DNA of 61,100 bases, filler included, from Catajapyx aquilonaris (lineage: Eukaryota), in the NCBI GenBank assembly GCA_000934665.2. It is 2 parts of 2 records of this genome, joined end to end, with 100 filler letters (N's around TTAATTAATTAA, not from the genome) between each part and the next. Parts side by side here need not be neighbours in the genome. Positions count along the whole stretch, not along the records: positions 1 to 30,677 come from KZ539187.1; 1 more part is not named here. One strand, 5' to 3'. Numbering within the stretch: position 1 is the stretch's first letter; each line of letters opens with the position of its first letter. Shown here piece by piece: positions 12,728 to 23,600 of this stretch. A model generated the notes under the pieces. It did no database searches. It was not told the DNA's origin and saw only the letters and a program-made list of their open reading frames with translations. The position numbers were made by a program, and so were the translations under genes.

Positions 12728-15700
12728 ATGGAAAAAGACGGGACAGACAACCTATCCGGCAACAAGCCGTCGAAGCATGTCACCTTCCATACGTCCGATA
12801 CGCCAGTAAGTCGAGCTTTTATAATACTGTATATATTAAATACACTACATTCGACGATTCAGTTACTCATGCCAGTCACGTGATATCAATATTCTTTGCG
12901 TGATTTTTGACATGGATTTTTTTTTTCGTGGGTGTGTTTGGTCTCCTAGGCAACCAATTATAACACTGATTATTTCACCAATTTGGAATTAAGGTGGTAA
13001 GAGTAAGACGAGAGTAGTGTATGAAATGTGGGTTTTCTGGACATTAGGGGCACAAGCACATTAAAATTCCCTAATAAATAAAGACAAGAGTGGATGTATA
13101 GTCTCACCACTAGCACACAGCTACTGCTAACCACTGTCAACAACACTGATGACCATCGTAACCCACGAAAAAGCATATGATTGTGTGAATAGTAGTAACC
13201 TACTTATAGTAGCAGCCTGCTAGCGGTACTATGTTAACAGAGCAGTGGGACGATAATTCGACTCAAGATCGTTTGCTTCTTTATAACATGCCGGCTAAGC
13301 GATCCCACTAACACGCCGATTTTTGATGATTGAAAAATTCCGTCATTTCCACCTGCTCTATAATTATTATATAGTCTACTTTTTTCAAGCGCGGAGAATA
13401 TAGCCTACTGTTTGGATATGTCATTTTTTAAATTATACCGTTGCCAGTATGACCAAGAGCTCTTGGTATGACTTTTCTCCGCAAGGCCAGTCATGAAATG
13501 AGTAACTTAATTTGTGTGAGGTGTCTGTATTCATATACAAATACTAACTTGTACTTATCATGAGTTGACGTTCTTGAACAAGTAGTTTCATAAACTAAAA
13601 AGAGCACTTTACTCAACCAAACACCCCTTTCATGACTTGGTAAAGAACATTCAACGGATTGCCCGGCGAAACAATCTACAAATACAGGGTGGGGCAAAAG
13701 TCATGGGCTGGTTTAAACGACGCAGCATGGCGTAAGTAACGAACGATTATATTTAAAAAAAAAATTACATTACACAGAGAAAGCTATGGATCAAGGTCCA
13801 AAAAAGTCACTTCTTGAAAACAACACCGGATAGATGTCCACCTTTGCGGGCAACACATATTCCTCCAAACGCCGGACGAAACCCTTCATAACGCGCTCCA
13901 GCATGTCCAGGGAAATGTTTCTAACGGTGTGACTTATCTGATCCTTAAAGGGACACTCCACTCAAAAAACAAGTTTGGCTCTAAAAATCGGGCAAAAAAT
14001 CCTGAATCCGACGGGGCAATTAGTTTTTCGCTACGCGGAACGGTAATCCCAGGGCGAGGTGTCAAAGTGTGTCGTCTGCTAATTGGCGGCGCCGCCACGC
14101 GGGGAACAGGGGAACTGGAGAGCTGCACCACTCAGGGATGGGCCTAAGCGCGCGGGCAGGCGGGAGCAGCCCTCCAGTTCCCAAGGTCCCGAGGGCGTCG
14201 CTGGCGGACGGCCAGCTTCTAACGCACTATTTGAATTTCTCCACTTTGACCCATCGCCCTGTGATTACCGTTCCGTAGTGTAGCGAAAAACTGATTGCAC
14301 CTTCGCACCACGCCTGGCACTCCATGATTTTCGGTGCAGCGCAGCGTGGCCATCGCACAGTTAATAATGCAGCGTGCACGCTTGTTTCAGGAACTACCTA
14401 CAGAGACGCAGAGTAGCCAGGTTGTTATGGTTACCCCGAGCGTGATGGAGGTGCCAGAGTGTCTCAAGGAGGACGAAGCAGGCGCCATCGTCTGTCAGGC
14501 ATATGCACCGAAGAGAACACCCTTACCTATCACTCGAAACCTCCCTCAGTATGTACAATCGAACTCCAAGTACGGGATCGACGCTGCTCTGCAGAAGTAC
14601 ACCGAGGTCCTCCCTCCCTTCGTTCTTCGACAGAATAGGCACGAGAAGCAACAGTTGGTCAGTAGAACCGAGCAGCATTTCATTCCAGGGTTGAATGAAA
14701 CATCGCAACCAGTTGCTGATGTCATTCTAATATCTGCAACCAAGAGCTGCTGCAACTCATGTCCTTTACTCAAGAGTCTATAATAATATTACAGGTCGGC
14801 ATAAGAGGTCCGGGCTATTACGACAATGTCTACACGAGTTTCGTGGACGAGGCCAAACCGTGCAGCACCCGGTGTTCCCTCTCAACCCTGGTACCACGCT
14901 TCAAGACTGACATCCAGACTCATCCCGGCCCCGGGGCCTACAACTTATCCTCAGCGCTCGCCGTCGTCTCTAAACCCGGCTCAGTCGTAGGCAGTGCCCG
15001 TGTTCAGCCCATGGACATTAATACCCGTGTTAGCAGCGCAACCCATCGAATCAAGGCCGAGGATTCTGTTGGTCCGGGGGTGTACAACCTGGTACCCCCC
15101 ATGGACAGGTATTTGGCCACAAAGCGCTTCGGACTCATGGACGTGTATCAGGCCCCTAGAGGCAAACATATGGGTACGTGCACTGCTCTAGAGGTAGTCG
15201 CTGGCCATGATAATGTGTCGTTGTCACACTTCTTTTCCGCTCTCTCTAGGTACCATGGAAAGAAATACGTACAAGACGAGGACCGGCCCCGGGTTGTGCA
15301 ACATACCGATCCATGACTCGAGCCTTTCCCACAGGACAAAGGCGTTAGTAGGACGTTTGCTGAAATCTCCCCGGTTTTGTCCAGGACGGAAGTTTGTGAA
15401 TAATGGAAAAGGTTATCTTGTGTACTCTAAGGTGAGTAAGCATTAGGTCTACCTGCCATAGGACAAACAAGAGTAACCCTCTGTACTATCCTTTATTCCC
15501 ATATGGTGTGTGCAGGAGCTGTGTACCCCCGCACACTACCCCATAAGGGAGCTCTCAAGGCCCGAGAATGTCAAAAATGTATCCTTCAATCAAAGCTCAA
15601 CCAGGGATGGACCGCGAATGGGCTACGTAAGTTACTGACTATAATATAGTCACCCGACATGCATTGTTATTGCTCGGCGTGTATGTTGAACAAATGACTT

Positions 15701-16014
15701 GACATCCTTCTGCTCCTATGTAGACCTCCGCCATCCCTCCTTGCCGGTACTTCCCGGACGGCTTCTACGAGGATCGAAATGTCAACGGCCACAGTAACAT
15801 CTTCAAGTCCAAGTCACAGCGTTTCCCAGAGCTCCAGTCACACGAGAAGAGTAGCAAGAAAAGCTTTGAACACCTAAGCGTGAGGAAGATTGTGGGTGAA
15901 CAGTACGGCTCTGCCGATGCGAAGAGGGAGTGGGAGGAGGAGGAGAAGGTCTGGAGGCAGAGGAGAACCTCTGACGCGTCTAGCTGGGGCCGTGGCTATT
16001 ATTATCGCAAATAA
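12728..16014 (+). CDS. LEXM: SHIPPO (PGPGxY)-repeat ciliary/sperm-tail microtubule protein, LEXM/CIMAP2-like, ~435 aa
   Basis: Exons 12728-12805, 14391-14657, 14795-15173, 15250-15431, 15516-15626 and 15724-16014 splice in frame with GT-AG sites. Repeats are GPGYY, PGPGAY, GPGVY, GPGLC, TPAHY and PPCRY, with PRF, GLMDVYQAPR and C-terminal NGHSNIFKSKSQRF motifs. AATAAA follows the stop. Exon 1 is the least certain. Confidence 0.72.
12941..12954. promoter_or_regulatory. RFX X-box in intron 1 of the LEXM-like gene
   Basis: GTCTCC-TA-GGCAAC, about 135 bp into intron 1. Confidence 0.6.
13447..13472. repeat. 12-bp palindrome flanked by 7-bp direct repeats (possible transposon footprint)
   Basis: GTATGAC-CAAGAGCTCTTG-GTATGAC. 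Confidence 0.45.
13685..13948 (-). mobile_element. Tc1/mariner remnant (rosa/maT-like): 3' TIR plus frameshifted transposase C-terminus
   Basis: Terminus is TA|CAGGGTGGGGCAAAAGTC. Minus strand 13948-13807 reads KDQISHTVRNISLDMLERVMKGFVRRLEE/(+2 nt)/CVARKGGHLSGVVFKK*, the typical RL..C....GGH C-terminal motif. Confidence 0.8.
13949..14305. mobile_element. Kolobok-like non-autonomous element inserted at TTAA, right end missing
   Basis: TTAA(13945-13948)|AGGGACACTCC terminus interrupts the mariner ORF. A subterminal inverted repeat pairs 14009-14069 with 14242-14305. Confidence 0.6.
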
Positions 16015-17263
16015 CTCCAACTCTCCAAGCCACAAAGCGGAATGCTTCCTTTTGACGTCTCATAAAATAAATTATTTCGGCTCACTTATAAGAATTTTGT
16101 ATTTTATTATTCTGGCAGGAGGGGTGAGAAGAGGAGCAAGGGCTGGGGGCAAGGTCCGTGATTATGATATGTATATTATAGAAATGTATAGCCGATTTGA
16201 ACATGATAGTTGGAGGGTGGTGGCCTGAGCCGGGAATACGCTTTTGGGGTGTTAGCTTCAGTCGCTTCATAATATGCCACGATATGCCACTTTCACCGTG
16301 AAAGGCCGGAAGCTTCGACCACGCCTGGACACTGGACTAACCCCTCAAGTCATTATCAAGCCCGTTTTTTGGTAGAACAATCATAGTCCTGTAGACAAGT
16401 ATGATTTTAAAAATAATTTATCCTACATAAAATTATGGGGCACACTGCAAACTTCTAACTTCCAACTGTCATGTCTGAGAATGACAAGAAGTTCCAGAGT
16501 TCCACCAGGGGTGGTCCACGAATCACCTGAATGCTAACTTTCGCGCGTGTACTGCAAAATTGATAACAACTAAAGCTCTGGTGTATCAATGCAAAGGGAA
16601 AATATCCGGTTTTGCATTAAATCGGATATTTTCGTTTCATTTTGCTTCTGTGCAACTGGGCCATACAGTCCTCGTATATGCAGCCACTTTTTTCCCCAAA
16701 CAACTTTAGGCAGCTCAATTTTACATGGAAAAATAGACAGCTGAAGTTCTCTTTGGTAAAAGTAGTTTTATGTACTGTAGACCAACAGATTATTATAGGT
16801 ACAGTACGTTGCACACAGTATATGAAACCTGTCTTTGATTCATGAAGAGTTTAATGGTACTGCCAAAGCAGGCCAGCCTATGTTTGACTATATGGATATG
16901 TCCTTTCCCTTATACACATTAAAATAATATTGAAATTCTCTACATCGCGGGGTTTGGGGCTGCGGGATATAAACTCAGCATTCTCTATCTTATTGGACAA
17001 TAAACTAATGTAGATCAAGAAGATTTGTGCCGTCGTCTGATTGAAGAAATATTACTGGTCGATTAGGATATATCAAATTGAGCAAATTAAATAAATGCGA
17101 TTATACTCTGGATCAGTAATTTAATGGGTGATCAGATCACTACTTTATTTTATCTTTATTTTACATTGATCCGTGCCCTGTTGCTAACCGTAAACGTAAC
17201 TTCAACTTTGAGGTATGTTAATACGATGCTCAATATTGGTGTAAATGGCACTGGATATACACT

Positions 17264-17368
17264 TTGTAAACATTTTTATCCCCCCCCCCCCCCNNNNNNN
17301 NNNNNNCCCCCCCCCCCCCCCCATTTGATGTATAAACCTCGCCGGGGCGGGGGTGAGGGTAATAAACC

Positions 17369-17440
<72 letters not shown>

Positions 17441-17453
17441 GTAAACATTTTTA
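17264..17453 (+). mobile_element. 5'-truncated non-LTR retroposon insertion with (TAT)n tail and 15-bp target-site duplication; contains a small assembly gap
   Basis: TTGTAAACATTTTTA occurs at 17264-17278 and 17439-17453. These flank poly-C/N13/poly-C, a short body ending GGTAATAAACCAG, and the (TAT)n run at ~17371-17440. Confidence 0.75.
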
Positions 17454-17645
17454 CTGTACGACACCAACCAATCTTCACAACAACATCGACTTTTTCATCG
17501 AATTGCGCTTTTGCCCCATTGTTACCAAACCCCATTTGGAATTACACTCGACCTTGCAAAGTGATTAGGAGAGTTGAAGTCAGAAGTGATTGCAAATAAC
17601 CCACTCAGTTCACATCGGTCTTGGCTACCGTTCACTTGGTCTACG

Positions 17646-20600
17646 ATGCACCTCCAAGTGGGGTTGCTCTTATTGCTGTCAATCACCAAAGTCAGCAATG
17701 GATTCTTCTCCTCAGCAATGGACATCTTCTCTGGCATGCTGGGTCAACGCCTTACAGGTGAATTAATTTGAAATTTGACTCGAGCAATTTTTTAATCAAC
17801 CCTGTCGCATTTAGACAACGTCGATCATTTGAAAGAGCTGATTTCCGAAAACCTTCAAGTACAAAAGCATAGATTCGATGACACACGCCACTTGTCAAGG
17901 GTGAGGCGTCATATGAAATGGGAGAATTGGACTCAACTGTCTAGAGATCGCGTTGGTGAGAAGGTTCATATCAGTACTTGTGTTGTATTGAACGTAACAT
18001 GTGGGTTTGCATGCAGGTGTGGCGTTCCTGAAGGGTGTGGAACCTATGGTTAGCCTCCCAGTTGAGTCTCCATTGGACCTGGAAATGTTTTCTGTCGGGG
18101 GTGACTGGATGGCCGCTGTTGTTCAGAGTTCATCTGATTCTTTCACGCCAATTTTTAAACTCGAGCAGGTAAGCCTAATATTGGTGTCATTGACTCCTCC
18201 CAAGTTTTGCATAGTTGGGAATATTTACTGTTGGCAGGGTCGTTGTCATTTTACATGTTGAAGATCTGAAATGTGACAGACCAGAACTTGACCCACACTT
18301 GTTTTTAGGTGTATCAGGAAAGCCATGGGAAGTCATTGCAGACGTATACAGCGAGTCTGTCGTACACGCTACAAACCGTGAACGCTACTGTCATTCGCCA
18401 TGTTCACATCTATGGCACGGATTATCTGATAGCTGGCCAATATGACGTGAGTGATGCAGAGGATCTTCAAGCTGGTTCTCCAGTTTATAAGATTGTACCA
18501 CACACGAACGTGGTGGAACATGTACAGACAATTGAAACTCGATTTGTCGCCGATATGGAAGTTTGGTATGACAACCTGCGTCGTTTCTTTCTTACACTGT
18601 TCATTTATGATTTTTAATGCGATTCTAGGAGAGGGGGACGAGAGGAAATCAACGAGCATTTTCTTATTGTTGCACCTGCAGGCCAGGTAGTCAACAATGT
18701 TTTCCAGTATGAAGTCGAATGCCCGGTGTTTAGATGGCAGGGAGCATATTACGACAAGTTCACTGAGGTCAAAGCTTTCAACCCGAAGGCTGTTGAACAT
18801 TTTCGGATCGGAGCAGCTGACTTCTTGGCAGTTGCAAATCATCGCAATGACGAGGGTAAGTGTTTCCGTTTTGTTTTTACTGAAAGGCCAATGTGACAGT
18901 GCAAATTAAGAGAATCTCAAACTATGTAGTGGCTTCACAATTTCTACTCAGATTTTACTTGAATTTAAGTCGTTGCAACTGGGCCTAAAACTGACTTATT
19001 TGTTTCAGATATTTACAATATAGATTCGTTCATTTATCGGTACAACTACAATAAGGACCGGTTCGTCGAATTCCAAAGAATTGCCACAAGTGCAGCTGTA
19101 GATGTCAAATACTTCTCTCTAGGGAGTGACATGCATGAAGAGCATTTTATCGTTGTGGCCAACATGTTTCAGATAGGTACAGTCACGGAATAATATGTAC
19201 AGTACCAGGCGTAGGAACTGATTTTATCGTGTACTACTCAGAGCTCCTGATCCTGTACATCATTTTACTTGTGACTGAACAGTGTTTGTATAGCTAGTTT
19301 ATTTTGAAACATATTAAATAATGTAACATGTATCTTGTAGTCGGAGACAAGAAAGATCATCGAGTCAACAGTATCATCTACAAATTCTCAGAAGATCGTT
19401 TCGTCCCATTTCAAACCATCCTGACCGAAGCAGCAATGCAGTGGCTGCCAATTAAAGTATGTGAAATTGATCAGTTCAATAATTGCATAGTCACTACAAC
19501 TTTTACGTTCCAGGGAAGCCAAGGCGAGTTTTTGCTTGCTGTCGCAGAACGTTACAGCGGGGTCAAGTTGTACCAGTACAACGGCTGGAACTTTGTGGCA
19601 TCTCAGGTCGACTACACACAACACGCATTTGCTCCTGGGGTCATTAAATTGAAGTCATTTTCCACTGATGAAGCCACGCTCATTGGTAAGTTGGATGACT
19701 GTAGCATTGATAAGTATGTACAGTATAAGCCTGGAGTTCACATTTTTTTAGGAGTTGTTAATGAACAAGTCGGCAGCGACGAGCCATGCTTGTACAGTGT
19801 CCTGTACGAGCGTCGTAATGACCTGGAAGAATTTCATAGCCAGATGGAGCTGTGGGCTACCACTTCCCTGGAAAATTTGAATAGTGTCAATCTTACTGCT
19901 CTCGCCGCCGAAATTAGTCTTGCTCCAAAACTGACCTCAGACTCGCTGGTCATTGAAGGTGACCTGGAATTTCGAAACGACGTGGACATTTCAGGCGTTT
20001 TGCACACAGACAACGTAAGACTTGTTTTGAAGAATGGATCTGCTCATTATGAATGATTTCCTTCTGTTACAGTTGACCAACTTAGAAACTAGCCTTGTCC
20101 TGGATCAAGAGCACGCCACGCATCTGTTATCGCTGAGAAATAGACTGACTGCAGGTATACAGAAATTGGCCCGAATAGAAGCAGATATAAAGCGAGCTAT
20201 GAAGAAAAATGAAGACTCAACACTAAACGGTAAAAAAATGTTAACATTTTTTTTTATCGAGATCAAAATCGGTCTGTTTTCTCTAGGTTCAATATCATTC
20301 ACGAATGTCGTCTGCACAAATTGCAACTTGGAGGCTGTGGAAGTGAAAACTTTAAATTCTCAACCTATGGATGAATATTTGGACATGGTGATTTATCTGG
20401 ACTCAAACTTGACCCACGAAGGATCACTCACTTTGTCAGAAGCGACGTTTCTGGACGACGTTGACGTGTATGCGCTGAACAATATCTACTTGAAACACTA
20501 CGCTACATTATCGGGCGATCACATCTTCCAAGAGGATGTGGATATCACAGGGAGCGCCGTTGATGCTTTGGATGGATTGAAGGTTTCAGGCTTGATTGAT

Positions 20601-23600
20601 GGAGTGGATTTCAGAGTGGAAAACATCTTATTGTCTGTGGGAAACCAGACATTCAATGGCAAGTTTTGTTGTTAAAGGGCTGATCTTGTGCTAATTGAAT
20701 TGGTACATTGGGCAGGTACCTTTTTTGCTGATCATATCTCCGTTGACAATCTGCAAATGCAGACAGTGAACACAATCGAGATAGATTCATACTTTGACAA
20801 TGTGATCCAGAAATCTACTGGAGGATTAGTGGATGGCATGAAAACTCTGGAACATGTAGAAGCCAATAACTTGGTCATCAATGGAACCATCAATGGTCTG
20901 GATATAAATGATCTGTATGAAAATGCAATGTACCTGACTGGAGACCAGTACGTGACAGGTATATGATGAAATATCAGCATTTATAATGACTGGTAATTAA
21001 CTAATACGCCTAATTTTAGGAAACCACAATTACATGAATATTTCAACCGAGTCGGTGTTTGTACAAGGCACAATCAACGGATTACTCATTCCGGAACATT
21101 TTGTTCAAATCGACAAAGGCGATTACCACCTGGAGGAAATTCGATTCACTGAAGATGTGAACATCGATAGTCTCACTGTCACAGATCATTTGAATGAAGT
21201 GAAAGTTATTGATGGAAAGTTGGACTTATTGCTTCTGGACAGTGAGGAGCCGCAAGTAGTTACAGGCTCAAAGACCTTTGAGACTATCTACTTGACTGAA
21301 GATTCTACAATAGATGGATTAGTCAACGAAGTTAATCTGCACGAGTGGAATGAAACTATTGTCATAATTCTGCAAAAGGATGTACCCGGTATATCTTGGT
21401 AATAATTTGTTCTAAGCAAAGGCTAATCTATTTTATACCACCAGGGAATGTAACCGTGAATGGTACTGTCGAGATAATAGGAGACTTGAATACCGGAGAT
21501 ATTCGAAGCCAACATTCTTCATTAACACGATTATACCAACATGGAATTAGTCTTGATTCTGATCAACTTCCTTTTACAAAAGTCAACTTTTTGAATGATG
21601 TCGAGGTGAGTTTTATCCAGTCGGGAATATAAAATCCATTGGACTTTTTGATGGTTCCATCCTGTAAACATTGCTATATCAACACTTGGACATTTTTCAG
21701 ATTCACGGTGATTTGCGCGCGTCACTAATAAACGGCAATAGTCCTGACAACTGGATCCAGCTGAATACGACCAGAAAGCAAGTGCTTCAGGGGCGTATTG
21801 TGTTCGAAGATGACATCCACATAAAAAATGATTCGACAGTGGATGATCTGGGTGTGGACCTGGCAGAACTGGAAGCAGACGTCCTGAAGCTACATGGTGA
21901 CCAAGTGATACTAGGAGAAAAAACTATTATCTCTTTCACAGCTGACAAGTGAGTAGCCTCATGCACGATTAAAGCACTATTAGAAAGTACAATCAATATG
22001 CTTTAACTTTTCAGCGTTGTAAGTGACAAGGTGTTTATAGATGGTGTCGATATGAAAACTGCATTAACTAAAGCAGCAGCCCAAGAAATATCTGAGCTCA
22101 AGGAGGTAAATGGCACTTTGAATGTCCTGCATGGAGTAACTGTTGACAAATTAACAGTAGCGGGGTCAATCAATGGTATAAAAATAGAAGAAGTGGTCAA
22201 TGACACACTATTCATAAATAAGCCAGGTAAGAGCAGGAAAGGGGTGGGGAGAGGTCATATTTAAATCATTATGTGAATGACCTTTGCAGATCAAATGATC
22301 ACGGGAAGAAAAGATTTCACGAATATCGTACATGCAAACAATTTCTTTGTGGGAGGAAAGGTCCAGGGATATGATCTGGAAACATTTCGAAACAGCCTAG
22401 TGTTTCGTAATGATAGCGCCGAAATTACCGGAAGCATTTCCTTTACCAATGATGTGAAGCTGGATGGACTCGAAGGTAGTAATAAAATTGAAATCCAGGC
22501 GCTCACTTGTGCAATACTACTTTTTCCCCCAGGAATTGTTGATTCCATTTCGTCGGATGACATCCAGCAATGGCTGTTAAAATCTGGCGAACAAGTATTA
22601 ACAGGCGAGAATGTGTTTCGAGAATTGTACGCGACTGATGGAATTAACGCCGAAAAAATAAATTCCATATCCATAGACAAATTGATCAATGAAAGCATTA
22701 ACATAAATTCTCCCATAGAACTGGAGGACGTGACATTTGGTAAGTATCACATGGATTGTGCAGTAAATGTGTTTATATCTGCGCCTTTTTTTCACAGGCG
22801 ATAGCATAATTGTAACTACGCAAGTGATAGTCGATGGAAAGGTTCAAGGTTGGGATTTGTCTGAACAGGCGGTATCGAAGAGCGACAGTGATCAGTATAT
22901 ATCAGGTCGAAAAACCTTCAAGGATGACGTGATTGTGGAGAACAATATAGAGGTTAATACTCTATCGGGCACAAACTTCGATCAGATGTGCTCATTTTCC
23001 TATGGGCCACAGGATCTGGCGGATGTGCTTGTACTAGGTCAGTTAATTGGCTGTAGTTTATATTTGCACATATTTAAAATTATCATTGCAGGTGATGTCG
23101 CATTTGCGGAAGAACCAGTCATACTCCATTCCGTCAACGATGACAACTTGCAAGAACTATTAGATAGTTTGTGGTTGAAGAAGGCTGATGCTCACTTGAC
23201 AGGTCACATGGAATTTGTTGACGTTCATTTCAATTCAGCTACTGCCAATGTAAGACCCAAGAGTTATACCATGCCGAAACTGAAATACTCACCATAACAT
23301 CGCATTTAATTCCAGGGCTTGTTTGGAAAAGTCAACTTGTCTCACCTGAGAGACTCATACTTTAGTAAATCCAAACCTCAAGATATATTATCGCATTATT
23401 TTATAAGCCATGTTGAAATGAATAGAAACTTGGATGGGTCGATGGCTGAAATTGGCGGACTGATCAACGGCATCAACATTTCGTCATTTGACGAGTCTGT
23501 TCTCAAGGATGGACCCGATCAAATCGTAACCGGTAGCCAGACTTTTGCGACCTTAAAAGCAGGTAAATGAGAATTATCATAGTCAATATTCCAGCACTCG

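Noticed and set aside
14334..14445. ORF-track start or ATG 14427/14445 as the start of the SHIPPO gene
   Set aside because: An in-frame acceptor at 14390 pairs with the ATG exon at 12728-12805 flanked by X-boxes, which I prefer. A downstream start is not excluded.
17124..17568. Poly-L/I/N/Y/P ORFs
   Set aside because: Translation artefacts of the (TAT)n and poly-C tracts.
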